DNA of 64,000 nucleotides from Candidatus Bathyarchaeota archaeon (GCA_963733095.1 CAVTBV010000002.1:1-64000); one strand, 5' to 3'; counted from the stretch's first letter, positions 32,704 to 42,802 are shown. A program made the numbers and translations. Notes: generated from the letters alone by a model not told the origin.

Positions 32704-34695
32704 GTGTTTGTCGGGAGAAAACTGAAAAGTAAAATGATTAAGCAACAAGAGCAAAAAACCTTTGATGGTGCAATAATAGACAGTTCCACCAAGGAACCCA
32801 TATGTAGAGAAGACCTGCTTGACCTTCTAAAATTACACCACGTGAAAACTTTATCGGTAGAAAACTCAAAAACATCCTTAGAAGACATCATCCCCACTTT
32901 GAGAAAATCCAAGATAAAAATACCTGAAGCTTTCTTCAAAGTTTTAGCATCAAAATTAGGATTATCATGCTTGGACTACTCCACGGTAAAAAAAATATAT
33001 CAAGAGGAGCAACAACGCAAACTTATTACAATTCTGCCCTACTCAATCATAAGCAAATACAAAATCATTCCCTTGGAAATAAGAGGTTCAGTTATAGATT
33101 TAGCTGTCGATAACCCCATTGACACCAGAGTTCTCATTACTGTTCAATATTTGTTTAGCTCTTGGAAAATTAATCTGCGGGTAGTCTCTTCAAAATCCAT
33201 CGAATGGGCAATCGAAAACATATACCGTGAAATCCACAAGAACAAAGCAATGCTTGACCTCTACAACCGTACACCTGACCAGTCCGCCTACAGAGTGCTC
33301 TACCCCAAACAAAAATACTTTATAATATCCGTAATCGCCGCCATAACCATTTGCACTGCTATAAGCTCAGCGGTAACTTTCATGGTTTTATTTGCAATAA
33401 TTAGCGTCGGATACTTCATAGTTAATCCCATTAAAATCTACATTTCTCTGCGAGGCTTTAAAGGTGCAAGAACACCTACACGAATCACAAAGGGCGAACT
33501 ACAATGGGTACAAGACGAAGACCTCCCAGTCTACACTGTCCTGATTCCAATATTCCGTGAAGCAAAAATCCTACCTCAAATCCTGCGAAACATTTACCGT
33601 CTCAATTATCCAAAGAACAAACTGGACATCAAAATACTAATCGAAGAAAAAGACACTGAAACCATTGACGAAGCCAAACTGTTAGGGTTGTTTGGGTCAC
33701 CCAAGAAAAGAGTTGAAGGCATTCCAAGCAAGGAATATACCGAGTTTCTGGAGCTTTTTGATACGATTGTAATTCCTGCAGCAAAAGTAACCACTAAACC
33801 GCGGGCATGTAACTATGGTTTGCTGCGGGCAAAAGGTGAACTAGTCGTTATTTATGATGCTGAAGACCAACCTGAACCCGACCAGTTAAAGAAGGCCGCC
33901 ATTGTTTTTCTTCGTTCTGGCAACGATGTCGTGTGTCTGCAGTCTAAGCTTAACTTTTACAATGCAGATGAAAACGTATTGACGAAGTGGTTTTCGATTG
34001 AGTATGCGAACTGGTATGAGTTTTATCTGCAGGGTTTAGATTGGATTGAGGCGCCTATTCCGTTGGGCGGTACAAGTAACCATTTTAGAAAACAAGGTCT
34101 AGATGAGCTTGGACGGTGGGACCCATACAATGTTACTGAAGATGCTGATTTAGGCCTAAGGTTAGCTCGTCAGAAGCAGAAGACTGAATTGATAGAATCT
34201 CATACCTACGAAGAAGCTACCATAACAGCCAAAAGTTGGATTCGTCAGCGTTCTCGTTGGTACAAGGGACACCTTCAAACTTACCTTGTTCATATGCGGC
34301 ATCCAAGACAGCTCCTCAAGGATTTTGGGGTAGAAAAATTCCTCAAATTCCAGTTTACCTTCGGAACATCGATCTTTATTCCTCTTATAAACCCAATACT
34401 TTGGATACTTACTGCTGCAAGTTTTCTGTTACCTGTAAATTTAAGCTGGCTCAGCCCTGGTTTCCTGCAAGTAATCTGTCTCTTCAACTTGATAGCTGGC
34501 AACATTTCTTATCTATCCATATATGTCGTAGCATGCATAAAATTGAAAAAATACCGTTATACACCTAATGCTTTGCTTATGCCCCTGTATTGGGTGCTTC
34601 ACAGCATAGCAAGCTGGCGAGGCCTAATTCAACTGATACGAAACCCCTTTTACTGGGACAAAACCAGCCACGGCGTATCAAAAGTCACAAAATAA
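32704..34695 (+). CDS. Processive GT2 glycosyltransferase with N-terminal T2SSE_N/MshEN-like domain
   Basis: TKPRACN, YDAED, NVTEDAD, QRSRW; N-terminal LASKLGL...IIPL...LAVDNP. Confidence 0.85.
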   Translation: MFVGRKLKSKMIKQQEQKTFDGAIIDSSTKEPICREDLLDLLKLHHVKTLSVENSKTSLEDIIPTLRKSKIKIPEAFFKVLASKLGLSCLDYSTVKKIYQEEQQRKLITILPYSIISKYKIIPLEIRGSVIDLAVDNPIDTRVLITVQYLFSSWKINLRVVSSKSIEWAIENIYREIHKNKAMLDLYNRTPDQSAYRVLYPKQKYFIISVIAAITICTAISSAVTFMVLFAIISVGYFIVNPIKIYISLRGFKGARTPTRITKGELQWVQDEDLPVYTVLIPIFREAKILPQILRNIYRLNYPKNKLDIKILIEEKDTETIDEAKLLGLFGSPKKRVEGIPSKEYTEFLELFDTIVIPAAKVTTKPRACNYGLLRAKGELVVIYDAEDQPEPDQLKKAAIVFLRSGNDVVCLQSKLNFYNADENVLTKWFSIEYANWYEFYLQGLDWIEAPIPLGGTSNHFRKQGLDELGRWDPYNVTEDADLGLRLARQKQKTELIESHTYEEATITAKSWIRQRSRWYKGHLQTYLVHMRHPRQLLKDFGVEKFLKFQFTFGTSIFIPLINPILWILTAASFLLPVNLSWLSPGFLQVICLFNLIAGNISYLSIYVVACIKLKKYRYTPNALLMPLYWVLHSIASWRGLIQLIRNPFYWDKTSHGVSKVTK

Positions 34696-34784
34696 GATTT
34701 TTTGGGCTTGCTTCTTTAGGATTGTGCGAGTTACGGCAAACTTTTATTGTTGTTTATCTTAGTCTGTGGTAGGTGTAAAGCTAC

Positions 34785-35012
34785 ATGTGTATTCCTTTTT
34801 ACATGCTTCTTCGAACTAGAATTGGGCAGTCCGTTGCCGTTGTCCATGCAGTCCAAAAAATTGAAGGCGTAAAAGTGGTACATTCTGTCATGGGAAACTA
34901 TGATGTTGTACTCTACGCTGAGGGAAAAGATCTTCAAGACGTTCGGCGTATCCGCGAAGCAGTACATCAACTAGCCGATGTAACGATAACGGAAACAGCA
35001 GTTCACGCCTAA
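34785..35012 (+). CDS. Stand-alone Lrp/AsnC ligand-binding (RAM) domain protein
   Basis: IEGVKVVHSVMGNYDVV. Confidence 0.8.
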   Translation: MCIPFYMLLRTRIGQSVAVVHAVQKIEGVKVVHSVMGNYDVVLYAEGKDLQDVRRIREAVHQLADVTITETAVHA

Positions 35013-35159
35013 TATTTTGATAAGTTGAGGAATAGTTTGACAGATTCTCAGTCAAATGTTTTCCTAAGTTTACTTAAAATCCAATTCTGACAGAAAAGTT
35101 CAGACTTATAGTAAACTTTAATTGCTCTTTACTCTTCAATTAAAGTATAGGTGAAATCG

Positions 35160-35387
35160 ATGTCAATCCCTTTTTACATGCTTCTTCGAACAAGAACTGG
35201 GCAGTCACGTGATGTAGTCCATGCAACACTTAAGATTGATGGCGTTAAAGTTTCACATTCTGTCATGGGAAACTATGATGTAATCCTCTATGCTGAAGCA
35301 AAAAATCTCGAAGACCTAAGAAGCATTCGAGTAGCTGTCGAGCACATCAATGGCGTAAATTTAACTGAAACACTAATTCACGCCTAA
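35160..35387 (+). CDS. Stand-alone Lrp/AsnC ligand-binding domain protein, tandem paralog
   Basis: IDGVKVSHSVMGNYDVI; DNA clearly similar to 34785..35012. Confidence 0.8.
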   Translation: MSIPFYMLLRTRTGQSRDVVHATLKIDGVKVSHSVMGNYDVILYAEAKNLEDLRSIRVAVEHINGVNLTETLIHA

Positions 35388-35575
35388 ACTTCTTAGAATT
35401 CAGTTAAGATTAGACTAACCCACAAGGTTTTTGGCTTTTGACCTTTTATGTTAACCTTCTGAAGCTAACAATGGGCGGCTCAATCAATGCATTCTTATCT
35501 AATTTCATATAGAAGAGGCGCTGAATGCTTTTTGGTTTAAACAGAAACTAAATACAAATAAAGTCGTTCAATTTC

Positions 35576-35601
35576 CTACAACTTTGGACGATGAGAAAAT
35601 C
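35576..35601 (+). repeat. att-like site A
   Basis: CTACAACTTTGGACGATGAGAAAATC matches 36696..36721 at 25/26 nt. Confidence 0.75.
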
Positions 35602-35802
35602 TCTAAACTCCACTTAACTCTTTCTCCCCCAAAACATCCCCTTTTTCTCAGTACACTTCGTGACAAACATATCAAACAAGTAGATTGATAATAGCTGAAT
35701 GTTATCTCAGGCTAACAGAAGATTAAGGGGAAGTATTATAACAACTAGAAAATGTACGGAAGGAAATTAAAAAAAGAAAAAATTGGGTTGAATTTTGTCT
35801 TG

Positions 35803-36450
35803 TTAGCTGGGTGTAAACAGCGAGTCTGGAAGCGATGGATTAACGCTGATACCGGAAATTGTCACTGAGTCTCCGCCACCTGAGTAAGTGTAGTCTCCTA
35901 ATCCTGTCCATGCGCCAAGATAGTTTACATATCCTTGCCATAATGTGTTCCATGTGTCGTATTGCATTGTGTACGATGCTGAGACGTCAGTCCATGTTCC
36001 ATCTGAGTACGACCAGGCCTTCTGTTGTGCCGAATTTATTATGAATGCACCTTGAGTTCCTGAAGAGTCTGTGTAATCGATACGCATCATAAAGTTTGCT
36101 GTACCCGCATTTTTGCCATAGTATGTGTATGATCCCTGTGAAACTCCGCCAGAGGTTACTGCAACACTGTATTGTAGACTGCTTGCTCCTGCAATGTCTG
36201 CACCTGTAACACTGCTAGATGGTGCTGGCGTTGAGGATGTTCCAGGAGTAGGTGTTGGAGTTGGTGTTGGTGTTGTTGTAGAATTATTGTTGCTCAAGCC
36301 GCCCATCGCTATGAAGGCTCCCACTACTATAATAACAATCAATATGAGAGCTAGAAGGATTAGCATTAGAGTTTTACGAGATTTCTTTTTGGTTGGTGCT
36401 GGCGGAGGAGAAGGCATTGCCCTAAAATTATTTGAGAACTCCTTTTTCAT
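35803..36450 (-). CDS. Membrane-anchored surface protein with PT-repeat linker
   Basis: TM segment, TPTPTPTP linker, C-terminal LPDSLFTP resembling LolA-fold ends. Confidence 0.7.
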   Translation of the reverse strand: MKKEFSNNFRAMPSPPPAPTKKKSRKTLMLILLALILIVIIVVGAFIAMGGLSNNNSTTTPTPTPTPTPGTSSTPAPSSSVTGADIAGASSLQYSVAVTSGGVSQGSYTYYGKNAGTANFMMRIDYTDSSGTQGAFIINSAQQKAWSYSDGTWTDVSASYTMQYDTWNTLWQGYVNYLGAWTGLGDYTYSGGGDSVTISGISVNPSLPDSLFTPS

Positions 36451-36612
36451 ACATTTCCCTAGGTTTTAGTGGATTTGATCGTCGAATAAACCTTTCGGAA
36501 AAAACCGTTGATGATCCTATAGCAAGCGTTAAGTTGATTTTGGGTTAAACCCAAACTTTACCATACCATCAAAGAGGATAAAGAGCGAAAATACTTGGTT
36601 ATCTATAACCCA

Positions 36613-36682
36613 GAGCTAAGCAAGTAGTCTTTGAGCCTTCAGTTTGATGCAAGATGTGCAATTGTTACGAAAACGTAAATAG
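36613..36682 (+). pseudogene. Extreme C-terminal remnant of an RKRK-type integrase
   Basis: gagctaagc-aagtagtctttgagcct...ttgttacgaaaacgtaaatag aligns to the KLGEVGFEP...LFRKRK* end of the 61081 integrase. Confidence 0.55.
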
Positions 36683-36727
36683 TTTGGACGATACGCTATA
36701 ACTTTGGACGATGAGAAAATCGAGGTA
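36683..36727 (+). repeat. att-like site B (TTTGGACGAT twice, 20 bp apart)
   Basis: Shares its left part with site A and ATGAGAAAATCGAGGTA with 42786..42802. Confidence 0.75.
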
Positions 36728-36790
36728 GTATCACTTTATAGTGAGCTTTTTAAGTGTGAAGGGCTAATAATACAGTAAGGAGCCACGAAA

Positions 36791-38203
36791 TTGAATCAAA
36801 AATACGAGCTTTGGCTTAACCAAATTTGTGGAACTGCTGCCTCTGAAAAAAGGTACAAGGAAGACATTGGAAACTTTGAAGAGTGGGCTAAATTAAATCA
36901 CGCTTTAGAAGTTTCAGATATTCCTAAAATGTGGAGAGAAGCCAAATACTCAGACAAGCAAGCTGATAGAGAGCGCTTTCTTGATGAGTTAAAGGACGTT
37001 GTTAGCAACTATTTTGTTTATCTCAAAAAATATGGTTATACTTCTCTTAGTATCAATCGCGCTATGGCAACTGTAATGAGTTTTCTGCATTATTTCGACA
37101 TCCCGTTAAAACCAATCAGAATTCGGCATCCTTTTGTTCAATACCATAATCGGGACATTACTAAGGATGAGATTAGAACTATTTTGAAGAATTCGGGAGT
37201 GAGAAACAGAGCAATTTATCTGGTTCTTTATGAAACGGGTATGAGACCCGCGACTGCTGTTAGTTTACGTTGGAAACATATCAAAGAAGACTTTTTAGCG
37301 AAAAAAGTTCCTATGAAAATTAAGCTAACAAGTGACATTATGAAGTGTGGCGTTAGTGAACGCTTTGTTTTCATTGGGCAGGACGGGTATGATGCTCTTA
37401 GTCTCTATATTAGAAGGCGAGGTTTGCCCTCGGATGATGAGGATTTTGTTTTTGTTACTGAGAAACCTTTCGGTAACGCAATAGGACTTAATTCAATTAG
37501 TCAAGCCTTCAATGTTATTGTTCAAAGGTTGAAGCTTGCAGAGCCAAGAGGACAACTGACTAAGGATGGTAGGAAGAATAAGCCTAAGGAGTTAAGGCTC
37601 TATACTTTGCGGAAGGCTTTTTCGAAGTTTATGGCTGTTAACATTGATAGAACCTTAGTTGAGTATTGGCTTGGGCATACCTCAACTGCAACTCATTATG
37701 TTTCTGAAGATGTGGAGTTTCATAGAGCGCAATATGCTAAGGGCTATTCTGGACTACAATTAGACATTTCTCCATTACCCACAACCATTATGGATGACTT
37801 GAAGAAAAAAGACCAAGAAATCCAATTATCAGCGAGACAAATTCAAGAACTAAAACAAGAATTGTCCAGCCAACAAAAACACATAGCCAAACTCACTACT
37901 TTACTCTATAAAATCGTTGACCCATACGACGAAGATGGAAAACGTCAATTTGAAGAAGAAGCTGAAAGGCAAGCAAACTTAACAAAAGAAGAAAGGAAAA
38001 CGCAAGAAGAAATCGCTGAAAGAACTGAAAAAGCCCTTAATGAATTTAGAGTCCTCTCCGAGGAGGAGAAGGAAAAACGCCGCAAAAGTAATTCACAGAT
38101 AGCACATTTAGATTGGGAAGGGGTTTTTGAATCGTTATCTGAAAGAATTGAACAATTAAAAAAGCTCTATGAAGAAGAAAAGCAAAAAAAGCCGATAAAT
38201 TGA
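36791..38203 (+). CDS. Tyrosine recombinase/integrase with C-terminal coiled coil
   Basis: ETGMRP, LYTLRKAF, WLGH, THY catalytic residues. Confidence 0.9.
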   Translation: MNQKYELWLNQICGTAASEKRYKEDIGNFEEWAKLNHALEVSDIPKMWREAKYSDKQADRERFLDELKDVVSNYFVYLKKYGYTSLSINRAMATVMSFLHYFDIPLKPIRIRHPFVQYHNRDITKDEIRTILKNSGVRNRAIYLVLYETGMRPATAVSLRWKHIKEDFLAKKVPMKIKLTSDIMKCGVSERFVFIGQDGYDALSLYIRRRGLPSDDEDFVFVTEKPFGNAIGLNSISQAFNVIVQRLKLAEPRGQLTKDGRKNKPKELRLYTLRKAFSKFMAVNIDRTLVEYWLGHTSTATHYVSEDVEFHRAQYAKGYSGLQLDISPLPTTIMDDLKKKDQEIQLSARQIQELKQELSSQQKHIAKLTTLLYKIVDPYDEDGKRQFEEEAERQANLTKEERKTQEEIAERTEKALNEFRVLSEEEKEKRRKSNSQIAHLDWEGVFESLSERIEQLKKLYEEEKQKKPIN

Positions 38204-38574
38204 GGGATGAAATGTTAATTGTAAAATTATGTGAAAAAAATAAGCCTTGCAAACTCTGTTCAGGAGAAAAAAGTGAAATATTGAGGTGCAAGGGCAATGG
38301 AAAGTATTATTTGAATAACTCAGACGAATACCCGATTCAACAAGGGCTGTTTAGAAAACTAAAGAAAAGTCATCATATCTATTTTTGGTACACTTACTTT
38401 TCTGGGCATTCAATTACTGGATTTTGTTTAGACAATGAAGCCCTAAAAATAGTGCAAGAAGAAGGCTACTCTATTGAAGTTGACAAGAAATTAACTCAAG
38501 GTGCAACATATGAACCTAAATTTCAACAACTAAGCTTGAAGGAACGTTGCTTAAGGAGTGAACATTATCTATGA
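38200..38574 (+). CDS. Hypothetical protein
   Basis: Overlaps the integrase stop; Cys-containing N-terminus. Confidence 0.5.
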   Translation: MRDEMLIVKLCEKNKPCKLCSGEKSEILRCKGNGKYYLNNSDEYPIQQGLFRKLKKSHHIYFWYTYFSGHSITGFCLDNEALKIVQEEGYSIEVDKKLTQGATYEPKFQQLSLKERCLRSEHYL

Positions 38575-39104
38575 GTAACCCACAAAGCTCGCAGAAATCA
38601 ATGAGACAATTAGATGCAACTAAACAAAAAATTGAGCACGCGATGATGAATATAGAAAGCGCTGAACAAGAACAGGATGAATATATTTCAAAATTACCCG
38701 ACCATTTTGCGGAAATTTTAAAGAATTACATGAAAGAAAGAGATTTTGATTACGAAAGCACATTTCTTATCCCATTGGCGAGACTAATCGAGGATGAAGG
38801 CAAAATGAGCTTAAACGATGTCATTAGAGAATCTGGTCTTGCAAGACAGACTGTTTATACCAATTTAAAGAATTTAGTTAGGAGTGGTTTTCTATCAAGA
38901 AAAAGTATTGTAACTGGGCGAGGAAGACCAACAATCCTTTACTATAGAACACAGAAACCAATCAATTCCATCAAAGTTGAAAACGCAGTAACAATAACCT
39001 TTCAAAAGCTAAAACATGCGTGCAGATTTGAAAAGGGAGGCTTTTGTAAAGAGAAAAAATGCCATTGCTCCCCAACATTATGTCCAATAATTATAAAGAA
39101 GTGA
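38571..39104 (+). CDS. Winged-HTH protein with C-terminal Cys cluster
   Basis: SGLARQTVYTNLKNLV..GRGRPTILYY; CRFEKGGFCKEKKCHCSPTLCP. Confidence 0.75.
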   Translation: MSNPQSSQKSMRQLDATKQKIEHAMMNIESAEQEQDEYISKLPDHFAEILKNYMKERDFDYESTFLIPLARLIEDEGKMSLNDVIRESGLARQTVYTNLKNLVRSGFLSRKSIVTGRGRPTILYYRTQKPINSIKVENAVTITFQKLKHACRFEKGGFCKEKKCHCSPTLCPIIIKK

Positions 39105-39178
39105 TTTAAAAAGAATAATGAATTAAATCTATTTGATTACATCTAAACGGCAATTTTTGAATAACATAAATAAACAAG

Positions 39179-39552
39179 GGGCAGCCTCGCTTCGCTCGGC
39201 TGCCCACGACTTTCTTAATGTATCTTTGAAAGGGGATTACAAAGAACCATGTGTAGTGGTAAGCGAAGAAGCGCGGTCTTGCGAGTCCGCTCTTTTCATT
39301 CTTGCTCGTTGCCCTGTTAGGTGAGGGCAACGCAGTCGAGAACCGCATTGTAAAAAAAATGCTAATCCCCATTGACGACTGCTAATGTTTGTTTTTGAGG
39401 CGTGTTAAAGTCAAAAAGCGGCCAGACAAAAGGTTTATCGTTAGCGCTGTTCAGCTCATCGCCAATCGTAAACCTTTTGCCCTTCTGGTGCTTCGCATCT
39501 GGCGCTTTTTGACACGACTACGGTATGTGAGGGGCGCATATCAGCCCCGCAT
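39179..39552. other. Highly structured non-coding region (several perfect hairpins)
   Basis: Stems 39179-86/39198-205, 39307-15/39324-32, 39410-20/39503-13, 39427-37/39469-79. Confidence 0.7.
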
Positions 39553-39636
39553 TGTAAACAGACTCTACACTTCACAAAAAACTTATAAATAGTAACACGA
39601 TAGGAATGACCACGCACAACGACAAGGAGAAATAAC

Positions 39637-40626
39637 GTGAAAGCATGGCAGACTATCTTAATAGTAGCGGTAATAGCCACAATAATGGTAATCGCAGGGA
39701 CTTTTGCATACTACAACTCTCTCCCTACACCAAACCTAAGAATATCCTCAACCACGAGCCTCTGGGATACAGGACTACTGACAGAAATCAAAAACCAATA
39801 TGAATCAAACCACAAAATTGACATCTCAATTCTTCCCCAAGGAACAGGACTCGCATTAGCAAGTGCATCAGCAGGTGACGCCGATGTTGTCCTTGTACAT
39901 GCGCCATCATCAGAATACCCTTACCTATCTAATGGTACTCTAGTTTGCAGGAAAATCGTTGCATGGAATTACTTCACAATAGTTGGACCAAGCTCCGACC
40001 CAGCTCAAATCTCGGGCAAAAATGCCACAGAAGCCCTAAAAAGCATAGTAGCTTACGCCAATAGCCAAACATCGCAGTCAACAATTTGGATTTCCCGTAA
40101 CGATGCCTCAGGAACGTTCTCAAAAGAGCAAAGCCTCTGGAAAAGTGCAGGATTCAATTGGACCCAGATATCCAAAGAACCATGGTATTCAAGCACAGGA
40201 CAAGGCATGGGCGCAACATTAGTAATAACTGACCAAAAAAACGCATACACAGTCTCAGACCTAGGAACATTCCTTCAGTTTTCTAAAAACGGAGCAGTCT
40301 CTTCATCACAAGTTTCACTGGTGCAAGCAGACTACTCTCTACTGAACGTCTATAGCGTTTACGCAGTCAATCCACAAAAAATAAGCGACACTAGCTACAA
40401 TGAAGCCATTAACTTCATAAAATGGTTAGTTTCAGACACAGGACAACAGGTAATAAGCAACTACGGAGCAGGCAACTATACACAAACTCTATTCTCTGGT
40501 GCAGTCCAACCGCTCATAACAGGCAGTCCTCAACCAGATGTCAACTGGATAAAACAGTACGCCTACTTCAATGGTACCGAATGCCCAACACAATTCCAAG
40601 ATGACCACCCCGAACTTTATCCCTAG
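39637..40626 (+). CDS. tupA: Tungstate ABC transporter substrate-binding protein
   Basis: STTSLWDTGLL, GTGLAL, DVVLVHAP, SRNDASGT, TGQGMGATL. Confidence 0.88.
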   Translation: MKAWQTILIVAVIATIMVIAGTFAYYNSLPTPNLRISSTTSLWDTGLLTEIKNQYESNHKIDISILPQGTGLALASASAGDADVVLVHAPSSEYPYLSNGTLVCRKIVAWNYFTIVGPSSDPAQISGKNATEALKSIVAYANSQTSQSTIWISRNDASGTFSKEQSLWKSAGFNWTQISKEPWYSSTGQGMGATLVITDQKNAYTVSDLGTFLQFSKNGAVSSSQVSLVQADYSLLNVYSVYAVNPQKISDTSYNEAINFIKWLVSDTGQQVISNYGAGNYTQTLFSGAVQPLITGSPQPDVNWIKQYAYFNGTECPTQFQDDHPELYP

Positions 40627-40637
40627 AGGAAAATCTG

Positions 40638-41369
40638 TTGAATCAAATACTGGACGGAATAATCCAAGCCTTTCAGCTAATATTCGCAGGCGACCCAACA
40701 GTATATGGCGCTGTTTACCGCACCCTCCTTTTTTCTGGTGTAGCAACTATACTTGCAGTATTATGGTCAATGCCAATAGCGATGTTGTTAACTCTGAAGG
40801 ACTTTACTGGTAAATCAATAGTAAAAGGTTTTTTCACAGCAATGATAGGTCTGCCTACTGTAGCCTTAGGCTTAATCCTGTTTCTCACGTTTTCGAAGGC
40901 TGGACCGTTAGGCTTTTTTGGGCTTCTTTATACTCCAGGAGCAATAATGCTTGGTGAAGCCATACTAATCACTCCTTTGATTGTTAGCATAGGAGTTAGC
41001 GCCATTGAAGCTGTCGATCCTGAAATGTTTAATCTTGCAAAAACTCTTGGCGCCAATAGTTCACAAGCGTCAGTAACTATTATGAGAGAAGCCTTGAGTG
41101 GCATTTTATTTTCAAATATAGCTGGTTTCAACCGTGCAATCGCTGAACTCGGTGTAGCTTTGATGGTTGGAGGAAACATTGTAGGTGCAGGTGTACACTC
41201 AACTGATGTCCTGACAACAGATATTTCGACTCTTACTGCTCGAGGTGAGTTTGCGACCGCCATCGCACTTACGGTAATTTTACTCTTGCTAGTTTTTGGC
41301 ATAAATCTGATAGTGTACCTAGCTAGAAATCCAAAAATACTCACATTGTGGGGAAGGATGCCCCAATAA
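40638..41369 (+). CDS. tupB: Tungstate ABC transporter permease
   Basis: LPTVALGL, FNRAIAELGVALMVGGNI. Confidence 0.88.
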   Translation: MNQILDGIIQAFQLIFAGDPTVYGAVYRTLLFSGVATILAVLWSMPIAMLLTLKDFTGKSIVKGFFTAMIGLPTVALGLILFLTFSKAGPLGFFGLLYTPGAIMLGEAILITPLIVSIGVSAIEAVDPEMFNLAKTLGANSSQASVTIMREALSGILFSNIAGFNRAIAELGVALMVGGNIVGAGVHSTDVLTTDISTLTARGEFATAIALTVILLLLVFGINLIVYLARNPKILTLWGRMPQ

Positions 41370-41373
41370 AACC

Positions 41374-42450
41374 ATGGAATTGCAGAAAATGACGGCACTT
41401 GTAGAATTAACCAATGTAAGTAAACGCTTCAAAGACAGATGTGCACTTGACAACATAAATCTGCAGGTTCAAGAAGGAGAAATTCTTGCTTTGCTTGGAC
41501 CTAACGGTTCAGGAAAAAGTACATTACTTAAAGTTCTTGCTCTTCTGTTGCCGTATGATGGTGGAGAAATAAAATTCCACGGTGTTAAGGTTACGGGAAA
41601 AAATTTGGAACTCTTGCGACTGCAAAGTACTCTCGTCTTCCAAAAGACGTTGCTCCTTAATACCAGCGTGTTCAACAACATAGCTTATGGACTAAAAATT
41701 AGAAAAATGCCTAAAGACAAAATAGCTCAAGAAGTTCACCGAGCCTTGAAACTTGTGAAGTTGGAAGGTTTCGAAAAGCGTCCAGCCAAAAAACTTTCAG
41801 GAGGTGAACAGCAAAGAGTGTCTATGGCAAGGGCATTAGTGCTGCAAACAAAACTGTTGCTACTTGATGAACCCACCGCAAACTTGGATCCAAAAAACGT
41901 AGCGATTATTGAAGAAGTGATTTCTGCAGTTAACCAGCAACTCAAAATAACCGTAGTCATGGCAACACATAACATGTTCCAAGCAGAAAGTTTGCCTACT
42001 CGAATAGCCCTAATAAATGAAGGGAGGATTACAGAAGTCGGTACCCCTAGGAAGGTTTTCGGTAAAATTTCAAAGAACCTTGCAAGTTTTGCTGCTGTTG
42101 ATAACACATTTAGCGGAATAGCGAAAAATTCAAGCGAGGGCATAGCAATTATTGATTTAGGTAATGAGATACTTCTTGAGGCTGCCACCGATAGATGCGG
42201 CGAAATTAAATTTTTTATAAGTCCGCATGACATAATTTTATCTAAAAAGAAAGTGATTTCCAGCGCAAGAAATGTCCTTCAAGGAAAAATTTCCTCGATA
42301 AGCGACTTAAATTCTCTCGTTAAGCTCATTGTGGATGTTGGCAAGCCGTTTACTGTTCAGATAACAAAAAAATCTTTTGCTGAAATGAGCCTAAATCTGG
42401 GGACAGAAATTTACATAACATTTAAAGCTTCAAGCGTACAAATCCTTTAG
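41374..42450 (+). CDS. tupC: Tungstate ABC transporter ATPase with TOBE domain
   Basis: GPNGSGKST, LSGGEQQR, LDEPT; C-terminal SARN..FKAS TOBE. Confidence 0.88.
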   Translation: MELQKMTALVELTNVSKRFKDRCALDNINLQVQEGEILALLGPNGSGKSTLLKVLALLLPYDGGEIKFHGVKVTGKNLELLRLQSTLVFQKTLLLNTSVFNNIAYGLKIRKMPKDKIAQEVHRALKLVKLEGFEKRPAKKLSGGEQQRVSMARALVLQTKLLLLDEPTANLDPKNVAIIEEVISAVNQQLKITVVMATHNMFQAESLPTRIALINEGRITEVGTPRKVFGKISKNLASFAAVDNTFSGIAKNSSEGIAIIDLGNEILLEAATDRCGEIKFFISPHDIILSKKKVISSARNVLQGKISSISDLNSLVKLIVDVGKPFTVQITKKSFAEMSLNLGTEIYITFKASSVQIL

Positions 42451-42778
42451 AAAACTATTTGATGCTCTCGGACCAACGCAACATATTTATTTTTAGATTA
42501 CTTCTTCCAAAGTTGGTATATCTGGTTAATCAAAAAAGCTATTAATAGTTAAGTCTTCGGGTGATTTCCCCTTTAAAGAAATTTAATAATCAACCGAAAG
42601 CAACACATTTTAACCCTAAAGTCTTGAGCTTAAACCGGTCAAATCTTCAATCTCTCTAAAATGCGTGTTTAAAAATATTTTCCCAATATAGATAATTTAA
42701 ATTCTACTATGTAAGAATCAATCAAGTTTATTGTCAAATAATACCCAAACATTGAAATTTGCAGTTTTCAATCTAAGA

Positions 42779-42802
42779 TTGGGCTATGAGAAAATCGAGG
42801 TA
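42779..42802 (+). repeat. att-like site C
   Basis: ATGAGAAAATCGAGGTA identical to 36711..36727. Confidence 0.7.

Larger units (their letters stand above)
36696..42802. mobile_element. Putative integrative element (integrase, wHTH protein, tupABC) bounded by 17-bp direct repeats
   Basis: Integrase at the left end and identical 17-mers at both ends. Confidence 0.6.

Noticed and set aside
39440-39470. Hammerhead ribozyme on the minus strand
   Set aside because: CGATGAG resembles the CUGAUGA core, but the required CUGA and GAAA elements are absent
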